Below are positions 1 through 9,420 of a stretch of DNA of 50,837 nt, in pieces (position 1 is the stretch's first letter; each line of letters begins with the position of its first letter). A program made the position numbers and the translations under genes. This DNA comes from Candidatus Zapsychrus exili (lineage in GTDB: Bacteria > Omnitrophota > Gorgyraeia > Zapsychrales > Zapsychraceae), in NCBI GenBank assembly GCA_030765585.1, contig JAVCCJ010000113.1:1-50837 (forward strand), read 5' to 3'. The notes beneath the pieces are model-generated. The model did no database searches. It saw only the letters and a program-made list of their open reading frames with translations, and had not been told where the DNA came from.

Positions 1-2
1 AA

Positions 3-566
3 ATAGACAATCTGATCAATAAAGCCAATATAAACAATGATAAAAAGGTAGAAAAACTCAAACAAGAACGCATCAGGCTTGAGACTGCCCTCTCTCAAGT
101 GAAAGCAAAAATAAACAAGCTTATTGATGCTATTGAATCAGGACAAAATTTTAAGTCTTTGCAGGAAAGAATGCAAAAGCTGGAAACTGAAAGAGAAAAC
201 TTTGAAGTTAAGATATCTGAAGCAGATTTTGAAATACAAAAAATTGAGCAGGAAATTCTCAGCGCAGAAACTATTCGAAAAAACTTCAAACAACTGAATG
301 ACATCATTGACAAAGCAAAACCACAACAACTTAAAGATATCCTCGCAAATATAATCGAAATAGCTGAATACCACGAATCACAAAGTGATGATGCGGAAGG
401 ACATATAAAGATAAGCTATTTTGAACAACCCAACATTAGGTTCCCCAAAAATACAAAAAGCGAACAACTCAATAAAGAATTGTTCGCTCAGTGTATGAAT
501 TGGCTCCCTGATAAGCGTCTAAGATCTTTATATATAAATTATGAAGATCACTCTGAGATAGCCTAG
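3..566 (+). CDS. Large serine recombinase (integrase), C-terminal part; 5' end outside the window
   Basis: The frame is open from position 3 (IDNLINKAN...). It has a long coiled coil (KAKINKLIDAIESG...LQERMQKLETERE), then 'LKDILANIIEIAEYH...GHIKISY', ending near 'WLP', which resembles large serine recombinase C-termini. The catalytic domain is not visible. Confidence 0.7.
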   Translation: MDNLINKANINNDKKVEKLKQERIRLETALSQVKAKINKLIDAIESGQNFKSLQERMQKLETERENFEVKISEADFEIQKIEQEILSAETIRKNFKQLNDIIDKAKPQQLKDILANIIEIAEYHESQSDDAEGHIKISYFEQPNIRFPKNTKSEQLNKELFAQCMNWLPDKRLRSLYINYEDHSEIA

Positions 567-3500
567 GCACTGCAGGAGTATTTTGCATTATTTCTCTGAT
601 CATTTCATAAAGCACTACATTGTTATCGTCAAGAAGCTCTTTGATAGCTTGCTCCAAAGTCATATTTAAATCATGCTTATAATTTGTAAATAAATTCAAT
701 GCTTCATTAATAAAAACGTCAATCTTTTTTTTAGTTTGCATATACTCTTTAGACCCTGCTACCATCGCATTATCTATAGGAGTGTTCTCAACAGAAATGC
801 GTGTCGGTGATTTTCCATTGACAGGAGGCTGTCTTGACACCTCTTTTATATCTACAATAACATTTTTGACAACAGTTATCCCTGCCCTACTTGTGAAAAA
901 ATATCCGGAGATCTTTACCAGCTTATCCGCATTATTAACTATATTTATACGCCCTTTAGGAGTGATATCAGACAAATCGACTGGATTGCCTTCAAAAGTA
1001 ATTTCATTAAGCTCAAAAGTATTCAACCCTTTAAGTGCTTCGATAATTTTTGTTTTATCAAGTTCTGTTCCTTTGAAATCTTCAAACTTTACCTTCTTCT
1101 CTAAAGTAGAAGGTGTCGCTAGCATAGCTTTATCTTTAGCGTATTTATTACGTGCAATACGATTGTAAAGCTCGTCATCATCACTGGTAATAATAAAATT
1201 AATAGCTTTCTCCCCTTCATTCTCATAAAGAATTTTATGTAGAGAAAATTTCTTGCTATAGCCCTGCAAGGCTTTAACTACTTCTGTAATGTTAATTTCT
1301 CCCCAATTACCCTCTGTTGTTTTAGCTGTATATACGCGAACAAGGGCAATACTTTTATCTTGCATAGCTTGTTTTAATACCTCTAAGGCTTCATTGTAAT
1401 CTTTATGATTATACTGCTTATAATAAGAGACAGCAGGATCATTCTCAATGTCTTGCACAAAATCAAAACGATTTACTATTTTATTTGCTATTTTTTCTAA
1501 AACAAGCAAATGATCAGCTGCTTTTTGTCTTATCGCACGTTTGCGCGCCAAGCTTTCATCCGCTTCTTGATCTCCTGTATCATATAATACGAAAACTTTT
1601 ACTTTACGATTACTTACGCCCTTAAAAGTAAAACTATGCACAGCACAGTCTGTACTAAGATCTAAGCCGAAAACATCATTAGCTGCGATTATTTCTTTAT
1701 TCTTTGTCTGAATTACAAATGAATCCACACCACTATTATCTTTAATATAATTAACAACCTGCTCTCTTCTTCCTCTTAATCCGCCCCCCCTATAATCATA
1801 TTTACTAGCGCGTAATTTAGTTTTTAAGCCTACATTCATCCTAGGGCCAATATTATTTTGATCAATTTGCTCTCTAATCTTAGATATAATTTTTTTATTT
1901 TCTTCAGACTTTACATCAGTTTTATTCCAATTTTTGCTACCGTCACTATAACTACGGTTATAGTCATAATAATCATCATCATATGCTCTACTTCCCGAAC
2001 GTGAAGTTTTCGAACTAAACTCAATTTTATGTGGAAATGCATTTGTTTCGCCGACCTCCCAGCTGCTTTTTCCTTTTTTAGAAAGAATAACATACGAGTC
2101 ATACTCCAGACCTTCTCCGTATACATAAAACTTTAATTCCTCAACAAGACGTCTAGAGGTAAGTCCGCGTTTTGAATAATTAAGAGATACCTCCTCGCCA
2201 TTAGAATCAAGGCCTACAAATTTATCTACAGTTAAATGCCCAGAAACCGCATTCTCAAAAGCTCTAATAACTACATCAAACCCAGCCATCTGATCTACAA
2301 CTGACATATTAAATGTTATACTAGGTACCCCTTCTTTAAACTCATCATCATTTTGTTGCACATCTTGTCCCAATTCTTCGCTTCCTTCAATTGTTGCTTT
2401 TTTCTCTTTCTTGCTTGGCATACCTAAAATTGTTTTAATTCTTTTAAGAAGTCCAAACCCTGCTATTTTTTTCTTACCAGAATCGCTTAGCATTGCAGAA
2501 TCGCTTACAACCTCTGCGTTCTTCATAAAAGCACCAAAACCACCAGAGAAATATTTCTTAGGTATGATTTCCTGACTGCTTGGATCATATTCTTCTTTTA
2601 TATAATTGTACGCACCTTGTTTATAAGTCTTAAGGTATTTATTATAGATATCAAGCTTCGTATTTTTATCAACATCATCAACTCCAACTACTTTTCTTTT
2701 ATCAGCGTAAAGTTGACCCACGAGACTATTTTGAAGATTTTTCTTAAACCAATCAGCTAGAATAAGAGAATTGTATATTTGACGAAGTGGCGCAAAATGC
2801 GTGCCGCTATTTACTTCTTTTTCTAGCTCAGGGATGACTATTGATTTGATAATATTTGTTGCGTCATTGCGAGGAGTCGAAGACGAAGAAGCAATCTCAT
2901 CTTTTTCTGAGATTGCCGCGCTCTGCTTTGCAGAGCTCGCAATGACATCCTCTAGATATTCTTCCTCTAGCATCACCTTTAAACTTGATTCAGCAACAAA
3001 CGCAGCACCTTCATTAACATAAACAACAACCTTATTGGGCACTATCCAAACTCTATTTAAAGTATCTGTCGGTATTTCACTTATTCCAAATTCCGCTTTT
3101 GTTCTTTTATATATCTTGTCCCAGAATTTCTTGCCTGTCTCAGACTCTGGATAAATTAAAGACGACATGAGCTTCTTTAACAGATAATCTTGTGCTAAAA
3201 GATCGCGACCCATTTGTGTAACACTTAAATCATCTGGAATGATTCTGTTTTGTTCACCAGGCGCAAGGTTGACCCACAAATCCTTTTCAGGAATAGTTAA
3301 TGATGCCAAGAAATATCTAATAAGCTTATCCGCCTCTTCTTTAAAAGTTTCTCCTTTTATATTGCTATCGCCTTCATTAACTAGAAAATCAAATTCTAAA
3401 GGATTCTCTGGATGAAGAACAAGACCTTGTATCATAGGTGGCGTAAATGCAGGGCTTAAAGAAAGCATTACAGGCGGCAATGCAGGGGCAAATACATTCT

Positions 3501-3594
3501 GCGCAAAAGCCGGCGATGGCAAAATTGTGCCAAAAGAAAATACTAACAAGATTATAAAAGAAAATACTTTTTGGAATCTTTTAAATGATGACAT
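469..3594 (-). CDS. Large secreted modular protein (conserved ~350-aa N-domain plus D-x-A-M-delimited modules), probably 3'-truncated
   Basis: Signal peptide (...PSPAFA/Q) and AAGGAG RBS. The N-domain is clearly paralogous to 21560..26956 (HPENPLEFDFL, YFLASLT.P..DLWVNL, GRDLLAQDY.LK, LRQIY.SLILA.W, YIKEEYD..SQ.IIPKKYFSGG). Contains DSAM, DKAM and DNAM motifs but lacks the paralog's C-terminal tail. Confidence 0.85.
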   Translation of the reverse strand: MSSFKRFQKVFSFIILLVFSFGTILPSPAFAQNVFAPALPPVMLSLSPAFTPPMIQGLVLHPENPLEFDFLVNEGDSNIKGETFKEEADKLIRYFLASLTIPEKDLWVNLAPGEQNRIIPDDLSVTQMGRDLLAQDYLLKKLMSSLIYPESETGKKFWDKIYKRTKAEFGISEIPTDTLNRVWIVPNKVVVYVNEGAAFVAESSLKVMLEEEYLEDVIASSAKQSAAISEKDEIASSSSTPRNDATNIIKSIVIPELEKEVNSGTHFAPLRQIYNSLILADWFKKNLQNSLVGQLYADKRKVVGVDDVDKNTKLDIYNKYLKTYKQGAYNYIKEEYDPSSQEIIPKKYFSGGFGAFMKNAEVVSDSAMLSDSGKKKIAGFGLLKRIKTILGMPSKKEKKATIEGSEELGQDVQQNDDEFKEGVPSITFNMSVVDQMAGFDVVIRAFENAVSGHLTVDKFVGLDSNGEEVSLNYSKRGLTSRRLVEELKFYVYGEGLEYDSYVILSKKGKSSWEVGETNAFPHKIEFSSKTSRSGSRAYDDDYYDYNRSYSDGSKNWNKTDVKSEENKKIISKIREQIDQNNIGPRMNVGLKTKLRASKYDYRGGGLRGRREQVVNYIKDNSGVDSFVIQTKNKEIIAANDVFGLDLSTDCAVHSFTFKGVSNRKVKVFVLYDTGDQEADESLARKRAIRQKAADHLLVLEKIANKIVNRFDFVQDIENDPAVSYYKQYNHKDYNEALEVLKQAMQDKSIALVRVYTAKTTEGNWGEINITEVVKALQGYSKKFSLHKILYENEGEKAINFIITSDDDELYNRIARNKYAKDKAMLATPSTLEKKVKFEDFKGTELDKTKIIEALKGLNTFELNEITFEGNPVDLSDITPKGRINIVNNADKLVKISGYFFTSRAGITVVKNVIVDIKEVSRQPPVNGKSPTRISVENTPIDNAMVAGSKEYMQTKKKIDVFINEALNLFTNYKHDLNMTLEQAIKELLDDNNVVLYEMIREIMQNTPAVPRLSQSDLHNLYIKILDAYQGANSYTERTILY
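495..515. mobile_element. Probable att junction of an integrated element (tRNA-3'-like TGGCTCCCTG)
   Basis: 501-510 tggctccctg is the reverse complement of CAGGGAGCCA, which looks like a tRNA 3' end. It lies inside the 98-bp convergent overlap between the recombinase and the 1041-aa ORF. Confidence 0.45.
2863..2946. repeat. 84-bp palindromic element inserted in frame in a CDS (RPE/MITE-like)
   Basis: Terminal inverted repeat GTCATTGCGAG...CTCGCAATGAC, internal GCAATCTC/GAGATTGC and GCTCTGC-ttt-GCAGAGC stems. GC-rich against an AT-rich background; 84 bp equals 28 codons. Confidence 0.85.
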
Positions 3595-3621
3595 TAGACT
3601 TGCTCCTTTTAAATAGATAAA

Positions 3622-3713
3622 TATGCTTATTAAGCATAAAAATGAATTAATTTTTTAAGATTTTTCTTATTACCGTGGCTGGATTAATGCGACTCGGATT
3701 TTAATCGCATTAA
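3622..3713. promoter_or_regulatory. Two inverted repeats in the leader of the 1041-aa gene
   Basis: TATGCTTA-t-TAAGCATA (3622-3638) and TTAATGCGA-N12-TCGCATTAA (3684-3713). Confidence 0.4.
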
Positions 3714-3865
3714 AAATAATTTCTAACTTAAATATATATTCTATAATAAATTTTATTAATATTTATATAAGTATAATATATATTTAGAAAGAAAACAAGT
3801 CTATTTGGGTAGGAAATGAGGAAAATATACCTTATAGAGAAATGTGTCTACAACTAATGCTCTGA

Positions 3866-4192
3866 TTACGTACTCTTGTATAATTTGCCCTGTTTTGTGC
3901 GGTCAACTGACTCTAGCTTGCCCTGTTTTTGCAGTTGATTTATCAATAGCGATATCCAACTGCGACTCTCTCCGATAAACTCAGCCGTCTCGCTTGTTGT
4001 GTGTGGTGCGGTAAGGAAGCTTATAATACGCTGGCGAGTTGTCTCTTTACTAGCAGAAGGTCTATTCTGCACCTGAACTATTAATTCAAGTCTATTTTCA
4101 GCTAATTTAAACCTATCTTCTATCAATCTTAGCCTATTTTCTAGTTCTTTTACTCTTTTTTTACTCGGAAATAACCAGTTTAAAAGCGACAC
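3866..4192 (-). CDS. Small coiled-coil + winged helix-turn-helix DNA-binding protein
   Basis: GTG start with AAGGAG RBS. C-terminal 'RIISFLTAPHTTSETAEFIGESRSWISLLINQLQKQGKLE...GKLYK' fits a wHTH pattern. Confidence 0.75.
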   Translation of the reverse strand: MSLLNWLFPSKKRVKELENRLRLIEDRFKLAENRLELIVQVQNRPSASKETTRQRIISFLTAPHTTSETAEFIGESRSWISLLINQLQKQGKLESVDRTKQGKLYKST

Positions 4193-4319
4193 TTTATTCT
4201 CCTTTTATTCTCATTCTAATAGCACATTTGTTAGCTAACTTAACAAACAGTTAACAAGTATAATATTACTAGGAAATACTCCAAAAAGCAACAAAAATTA
4301 ACTCTTAGGCAATTCAGTT

Positions 4320-4865
4320 CGCGCGGACCGAATTCAAATTAACAATATTGGGGATAGACCCCCGTCTGTCCAAAATTCTCAAAGAAAATTTTATAATAAT
4401 ACTCCCCTGCTAATTTGTTTAATGCATAAGGAGAAACTAGCTTAGGTAGATGCTCTTCTTTTTGTGGAAATTGGTCTGTGTCAGCATAAATTGCAGAAGA
4501 TGAAGCAAGAACAAAACGTTTAACCTTTTACTTAGCTGCTGCGGTAAGCATAAAAAGTGTTCCGTTGATATTTGCCTCATTGAAAAGCTCAGGCTCTTTC
4601 ATTGAACCAAGAGCAGAACATAAAGCAGCTTGATGAGTGACATAATCAATTGACTGACAGGCCTTATCGGCAAGTACCTTTATCCCTTATATCGCCACGA
4701 ATTAGCTCAAACTTATCTGCGCTTAAGCCCTCTGCAAATTTAAGATTTTCTTCTGCCCCTGATGAGAAATCATCAAGCGCTCGCACAAAATTACCTTCAG
4801 ATATCAAGTACTCTGCAATATTTGAACCAATAAAACCAACGCCCCCCAGTAACTAAAAATCTTAC
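4320..4865 (-). pseudogene. NAD-dependent epimerase/dehydratase (extended SDR) pseudogene
   Basis: Manual translation gives FLVTGG/VGFIGSNIAEYL...RALDDFSSG...LIRGDIRD, HQAA, NINGT, KRFVLASSSAIY and SPYALNK (YxxxK). Broken by an extra G in the G6 run at ~4842-4847, further frameshifts and an in-frame TAA near 4530; truncated after FGPR. Confidence 0.9.
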
Positions 4866-4867
4866 TA

Positions 4868-5260
4868 CTACTCTACCTTCCCTTCCTCTATTCCATTTCC
4901 GCTTGAACGAGCATAGTCATCTTGAATTCTGTCAATATCATCTTCTAAGAGAATATCTCCACAAGCAACTTCAATAAAAACAAGTTTATCACGGCCTGTA
5001 TTTGCAATTCTATGAACTGCACCAACCGGAACATCCACAACAGTACCTGCTTGAACTTTTATTTCTTTATCATCAAGCGTAACCAAACCGATTCCTGAAA
5101 TTACATTCCATTTCTCAGAACGACACTTATGTCTTTGAAGGCTTAGACGAGAGCCGGGATTAACCTCAACGCGTTTAACCCAAACACCTTTTTCTTCAAA
5201 AAATTTAAAATAAAAACCCCAAGGTCTTTGAAAATAATTTATTATTCTTTGCTCTTCCAT
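4868..5260 (-). CDS. Mannose-6-phosphate isomerase type II C-terminal cupin protein
   Basis: RPWG, VKR.EV.PG.RLSLQRH..RSEKW, HRIAN, FIEV, EDDI.R.QDDYAR. Some canonical residues are altered. Confidence 0.85.
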   Translation of the reverse strand: MEEQRIINYFQRPWGFYFKFFEEKGVWVKRVEVNPGSRLSLQRHKCRSEKWNVISGIGLVTLDDKEIKVQAGTVVDVPVGAVHRIANTGRDKLVFIEVACGDILLEDDIDRIQDDYARSSGNGIEEGKVE

Positions 5261-5262
5261 AA

Positions 5263-5676
5263 TTACAATGCTTTCATAATAGCGGTTAAAATATCTTCTG
5301 AAACTTTACTGTCGCCTTCAACACCTATTTGAATACTTATTTTTGACTCAAAAGAAGCAATAGCATCGACATCTATCTTAAGCGATTTTCCGTCGTAATA
5401 CTTTGCTCTTATTTTTGCCGAACGTATACCGTGAGTTTCTTGATCGATAGCAATACCTAGATCTTTAAGCACTATCATAGAAACATGATAAACATTAAGC
5501 ACAGAACTTTCTACCTTTTTTTCTAAAACACCTCGACTAAACTCACCTGGAATATACTTAAAGTTCTCATCCCCTGCCGTCTTTGCCTTGTCTTCAAAAA
5601 GAAGCGCACAGCCAGACAAAAACACAAAAGATATTAAAGCAATAATTATTAAAGATTTATTGATACACCTTTTCAT
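5263..5676 (-). CDS. Lipoprotein, DUF3568-like
   Basis: Lipobox LSGC; 'SKISIQIGVEGD..SEDIL..I' C-terminus resembles DUF3568. Confidence 0.65.
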   Translation of the reverse strand: MKRCINKSLIIIALISFVFLSGCALLFEDKAKTAGDENFKYIPGEFSRGVLEKKVESSVLNVYHVSMIVLKDLGIAIDQETHGIRSAKIRAKYYDGKSLKIDVDAIASFESKISIQIGVEGDSKVSEDILTAIMKAL

Positions 5677-5723
5677 TGTTCTCCCCTTTAATATAATTTA
5701 ATTTATTCTAAACAAATATTTTT

Positions 5724-7607
5724 TTATCTTCTTACAGACACGCAGTTACCATCATAAGTACATTCTCCCCAAATAGTTTGACCGCGCGAATTATACGTTC
5801 TGCATCTTTCCCCGGGCGTTGGATTATGAACACAATAAGACAATGTTGTTCCAGAATTAATGCAATCGCCAGCAGTACACTCATTCCCATCATTACATTC
5901 ACCATCTTTATGACATGTAATTGTACCTGCTGAACAATCTTCCGGACAAAGCTCAGAATTTTCTTCAGCATCGCATATTCCATTTCCGCAAAGTTCTATT
6001 GAGCCTTCATCACCTTCGCCGCCGCAGGTTGATAAGAACAAGCAAGCATTAGTACAAACCTTAATATTTCCTTTTGGTGGCTTTGCTGGACAAACGTCTG
6101 AATTACTTCCTCCATTATCACACGCTTCAAAAGGCGTATCTACATTTCCGTCTCCGCAATAAGGGCCAATAACCTCTATTATAGTACAAGACTGCGAACA
6201 ATATTCACAAGTCTCATCATAAGCGGCCTCACAAGCAACTCCATTGCTACTACCATTATCACACTCTTCAGGAACTTCACCTAGCCCATCACCACAAGAA
6301 ACAGTTGCGCTTCCTGCACAATCTAAAGAACAGCCGTCAGATGTAGGACAATTCTTAACGCTATAATCTGAACATAACATTGAATAGCCAGAAACAGGTC
6401 TGCAATCGCACCCACAAGGCCCATTGCAACCATATGAATCTTCATCTGGAACAGTAAATGGAGGATTACAATTTGGACATGAGCCTTCGTCGACATATCC
6501 AACACACTCGTATTCGCATATAGGTTCACAAGAATTACCGTCCCATAAAAGCCCTTCTATACAAGCTGTTGCGGATACAACATTGCTCCATTCACTACTG
6601 TTAAATTCACCTGGACTAGTCTCTTCTTCTGCTCGCACTCTATAATAATATGTAGTCTGAAAATCAATATTCTCGTCACGCACCGTTAGATTCGTAGTTG
6701 GAGTAGACATACCAGCTGGGCTAAAAGTAGGGGATTCAGATCTATCAAGAAAATATCTATTTATAATTGTCGGAGATGGATTTGGAACTTGCCAAGCAAG
6801 ATCTACCCACCTTCCATCTCCTGCTTCAGCTGATAAATTTTTAGGTATACCTGGCACCTCTCCACAATCTTCAAAACAATTAGTTTCATTCTCTTCTCCG
6901 TCACAAATTCCGTTTCCGCAATAAACTTCTCCTCCTCCTGTGCAAGGTGGCTCTGGTTGCATCCACTCACATCCTTCTGTAGAAAATAAATCACATTCAC
7001 TTTCTCTATCAAAATCTGAACAATTCCAATCACCATCGTTAGGAGCCTGTTGAGAAGATAATTGGCACCACTCACCACCCCCAATAGGGCCTGTCCACCG
7101 ACATCCGCTTATGCGACCACATTGATCTTCATCTAGTCCACCACAACCACCACTACCACCAGTACAAATATTCGGACAACCACAATCAGCAGCGCAATTT
7201 ATATTATCTTCAACAGCATCACAAGTTCCGTCTCCACAACAAGTGACCTCATTTAAAGCAGCCTGAATTTCATCAATATGCAATTCTCTTATAAAAGTAA
7301 TGTTAGGATCGACAAAAGCTTTAGTAATATTCAAAGGAGATAGAGCATAAACCTCTTTGATAGCGCCCCTTAGCTCATCAATATGAGCTGCTTTGATGGG
7401 GGTTAAATTAGAGTACAGATTTTCGTTAGTCCAAGATTGATTTGGCAGACCACACTCATTACGCTTATTATTTATATTCGTTCTTAAACCATCAACTACT
7501 GCTACACTAAAATTTGTTGGAACGGCAGAAGCAATACTTGGAGCAATCGTAAGTACAATAGCCACAAAAGCTATAGTACAAAGTATTTTAAAATATGATT
7601 TTCTCAT
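5724..7607 (-). CDS. Secreted Cys-rich surface protein A (HIxELR domain, FN3, CGDG/CGNG repeats)
   Basis: Signal peptide; 'IKAAHIDELRGAI'; FN3-like 'PKNLSAEAG..WVDLAW...TYYYRVRA'; Myxococcus-type CGDG..EECD repeats. Confidence 0.85.
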   Translation of the reverse strand: MRKSYFKILCTIAFVAIVLTIAPSIASAVPTNFSVAVVDGLRTNINNKRNECGLPNQSWTNENLYSNLTPIKAAHIDELRGAIKEVYALSPLNITKAFVDPNITFIRELHIDEIQAALNEVTCCGDGTCDAVEDNINCAADCGCPNICTGGSGGCGGLDEDQCGRISGCRWTGPIGGGEWCQLSSQQAPNDGDWNCSDFDRESECDLFSTEGCEWMQPEPPCTGGGEVYCGNGICDGEENETNCFEDCGEVPGIPKNLSAEAGDGRWVDLAWQVPNPSPTIINRYFLDRSESPTFSPAGMSTPTTNLTVRDENIDFQTTYYYRVRAEEETSPGEFNSSEWSNVVSATACIEGLLWDGNSCEPICEYECVGYVDEGSCPNCNPPFTVPDEDSYGCNGPCGCDCRPVSGYSMLCSDYSVKNCPTSDGCSLDCAGSATVSCGDGLGEVPEECDNGSSNGVACEAAYDETCEYCSQSCTIIEVIGPYCGDGNVDTPFEACDNGGSNSDVCPAKPPKGNIKVCTNACLFLSTCGGEGDEGSIELCGNGICDAEENSELCPEDCSAGTITCHKDGECNDGNECTAGDCINSGTTLSYCVHNPTPGERCRTYNSRGQTIWGECTYDGNCVSVRR

Positions 7608-7619
7608 TTTAACACCCTC

Positions 7620-9044
7620 TTATTTACTTATGTTCACACAGCTACCATCATAAGTACATTCTCCCCAAATAGTTTGGCCGCGCGGATTATACGTCCTGCA
7701 TCTTTCCCCAGGCGTTGGATTAAGAACGCAATAAGACTCTTCTGTCCCAGGATTAATACATTCACCAACGGTGCATTCATTCTCATCATTACATTCGCCA
7801 TCTTTGTTACATGCAACTTGAGGACCGACGCAATCTTCTGGACAAAGCTCTACATTTTCTTCAGGGTCGCATATTCCGTTTCCACAAAGTTCTGATGAGT
7901 TTCCACCGTTACCACTGTTACCACTACCTTCACAACCACCATATACCAATACACAACTATCAGAACAATATGGGGTTGGTGTTTCTGGCGAACAATATGT
8001 TACATTGCCTTCTCCATCATCACATTCTTCGGTAGCTGGATCGTGATCTCCGTCTCCGCAATAGCCATCCTCTCCTAAGTGCTGACAAGTGCCTGCTCCG
8101 TCACAAGTTCCAGTTCCATAGTCACATGACGTACCTGCCGCAAGATTATCATTAACACATACTTTCATTTCTTGACCTTGTGGCTTTACGCACTCATCAT
8201 TAGTACAATCATTTGAGTCATCACAATCATCATCTATATTACACTCCATTACTTCACAAGAGTTGCCATCCCATAAATATCCTTCTTCGCAAGCTGTTGC
8301 TGAGACAGTATCGCTCCAGTCGCCTAAACTCTCCCAAACACCAGGTTCAAACTCATATTGCACTTTTACTCTATAATAATATGTGGTCCCCAAATCTATA
8401 TCTGTATCAATCGCGCCCTGCACAAGTCCACCAGTAAATTCAATTGGAGTATCAACTGGATTCTTAAAAGGATTTAATTGTATTGATCTGCTAAGAAGTT
8501 GTCTAGCTGAGTTCACAATCGGGTACGATTGTTCCCAAGTTAAATCTATCCACCATCCATCGCCTGCTAAAGCTGTAAGATTTTGAGGTATTTCTGTTGG
8601 CGCTCCACAATCTTGGACACAATTCATCACGGTTTCGGCAGAATCACAATTGCCGTCTCCACAACAAGGAGCATCATTTAAAGCAGACCAAACTTCATCA
8701 ATATGTGATTCCCTTAATATAGAAACTTCAGGATAGTTAAAATCATAAGTACCATTGTTTGGAGCTAATGCGTAAATTTCTTTAACGGCATCCCTTAACT
8801 CATAAATATGATCCGCTTTAACAGGAGTTTCGCCAGGAATCAATTCTTCATCTGACCAAGAATAATTCTCCTCTATACCACAAGCCTCACGCTTTTCATT
8901 TATACTAGATCTTATAGAATTAATTACCTCTACCCTAAAATTTGATGAGTTGGCAGAAGCAAAATTTGAGCTAACGACAAGTGCAATAAGCGAAAAAACT
9001 ACAATACAAAATATTTTAAAAAATAATTTTCTCATTGTAAGCAT
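7620..9044 (-). CDS. Secreted Cys-rich surface protein B, paralog
   Basis: Same architecture; C-terminus nearly identical to A (PTPGERCRTYN.RGQTIWGECTYDG). Confidence 0.85.
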   Translation of the reverse strand: MLTMRKLFFKIFCIVVFSLIALVVSSNFASANSSNFRVEVINSIRSSINEKREACGIEENYSWSDEELIPGETPVKADHIYELRDAVKEIYALAPNNGTYDFNYPEVSILRESHIDEVWSALNDAPCCGDGNCDSAETVMNCVQDCGAPTEIPQNLTALAGDGWWIDLTWEQSYPIVNSARQLLSRSIQLNPFKNPVDTPIEFTGGLVQGAIDTDIDLGTTYYYRVKVQYEFEPGVWESLGDWSDTVSATACEEGYLWDGNSCEVMECNIDDDCDDSNDCTNDECVKPQGQEMKVCVNDNLAAGTSCDYGTGTCDGAGTCQHLGEDGYCGDGDHDPATEECDDGEGNVTYCSPETPTPYCSDSCVLVYGGCEGSGNSGNGGNSSELCGNGICDPEENVELCPEDCVGPQVACNKDGECNDENECTVGECINPGTEESYCVLNPTPGERCRTYNPRGQTIWGECTYDGSCVNISK

Positions 9045-9139
9045 CCTTTTGTTAATTTATAATTTGCTAATTTCTTTAAATATACAGCAATACAATATTG
9101 TGTTTTTCTATATTTTAGTCTCTGCCATTTCCGATACAT

Positions 9140-9420
9140 TTATCTACCACTATTTCCACCACATTTATCTACCAACTTACAACTTGTAGAACAATATGGG
9201 GTTCGTGTTGCATAAGTGCAAACCGATACATTGCGAAACCCATCATCACATTTTTCACCAAAAGACCTATCTATGTTTTCATCCCCGCAAAAAGGACCTG
9301 TAACTGTTATTGGTTCACAAGAACTTGAACAATAGTCGCAAAATTTGTTATATCCTGTTGTGCAATCATCTTCATCATTACAATCTTAATCTTTATCACA
9401 ATCTATAACTTCGGGATCTT
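9140..9420 (-). pseudogene. Decayed out-of-frame 3' extension of Cys-rich protein C
   Basis: Alternate frame reads DPEVIDCDKD*DCNDEDDCTTGYNKFCDYCSSSCEPITVTGPFCGDENIDRSFGEKCDDG...TPYCSTSC; TAA at 9386-9388. Confidence 0.8.

Noticed and set aside
4650..4856. 68-aa plus-strand ORF
   Set aside because: Antisense shadow of the epimerase pseudogene.
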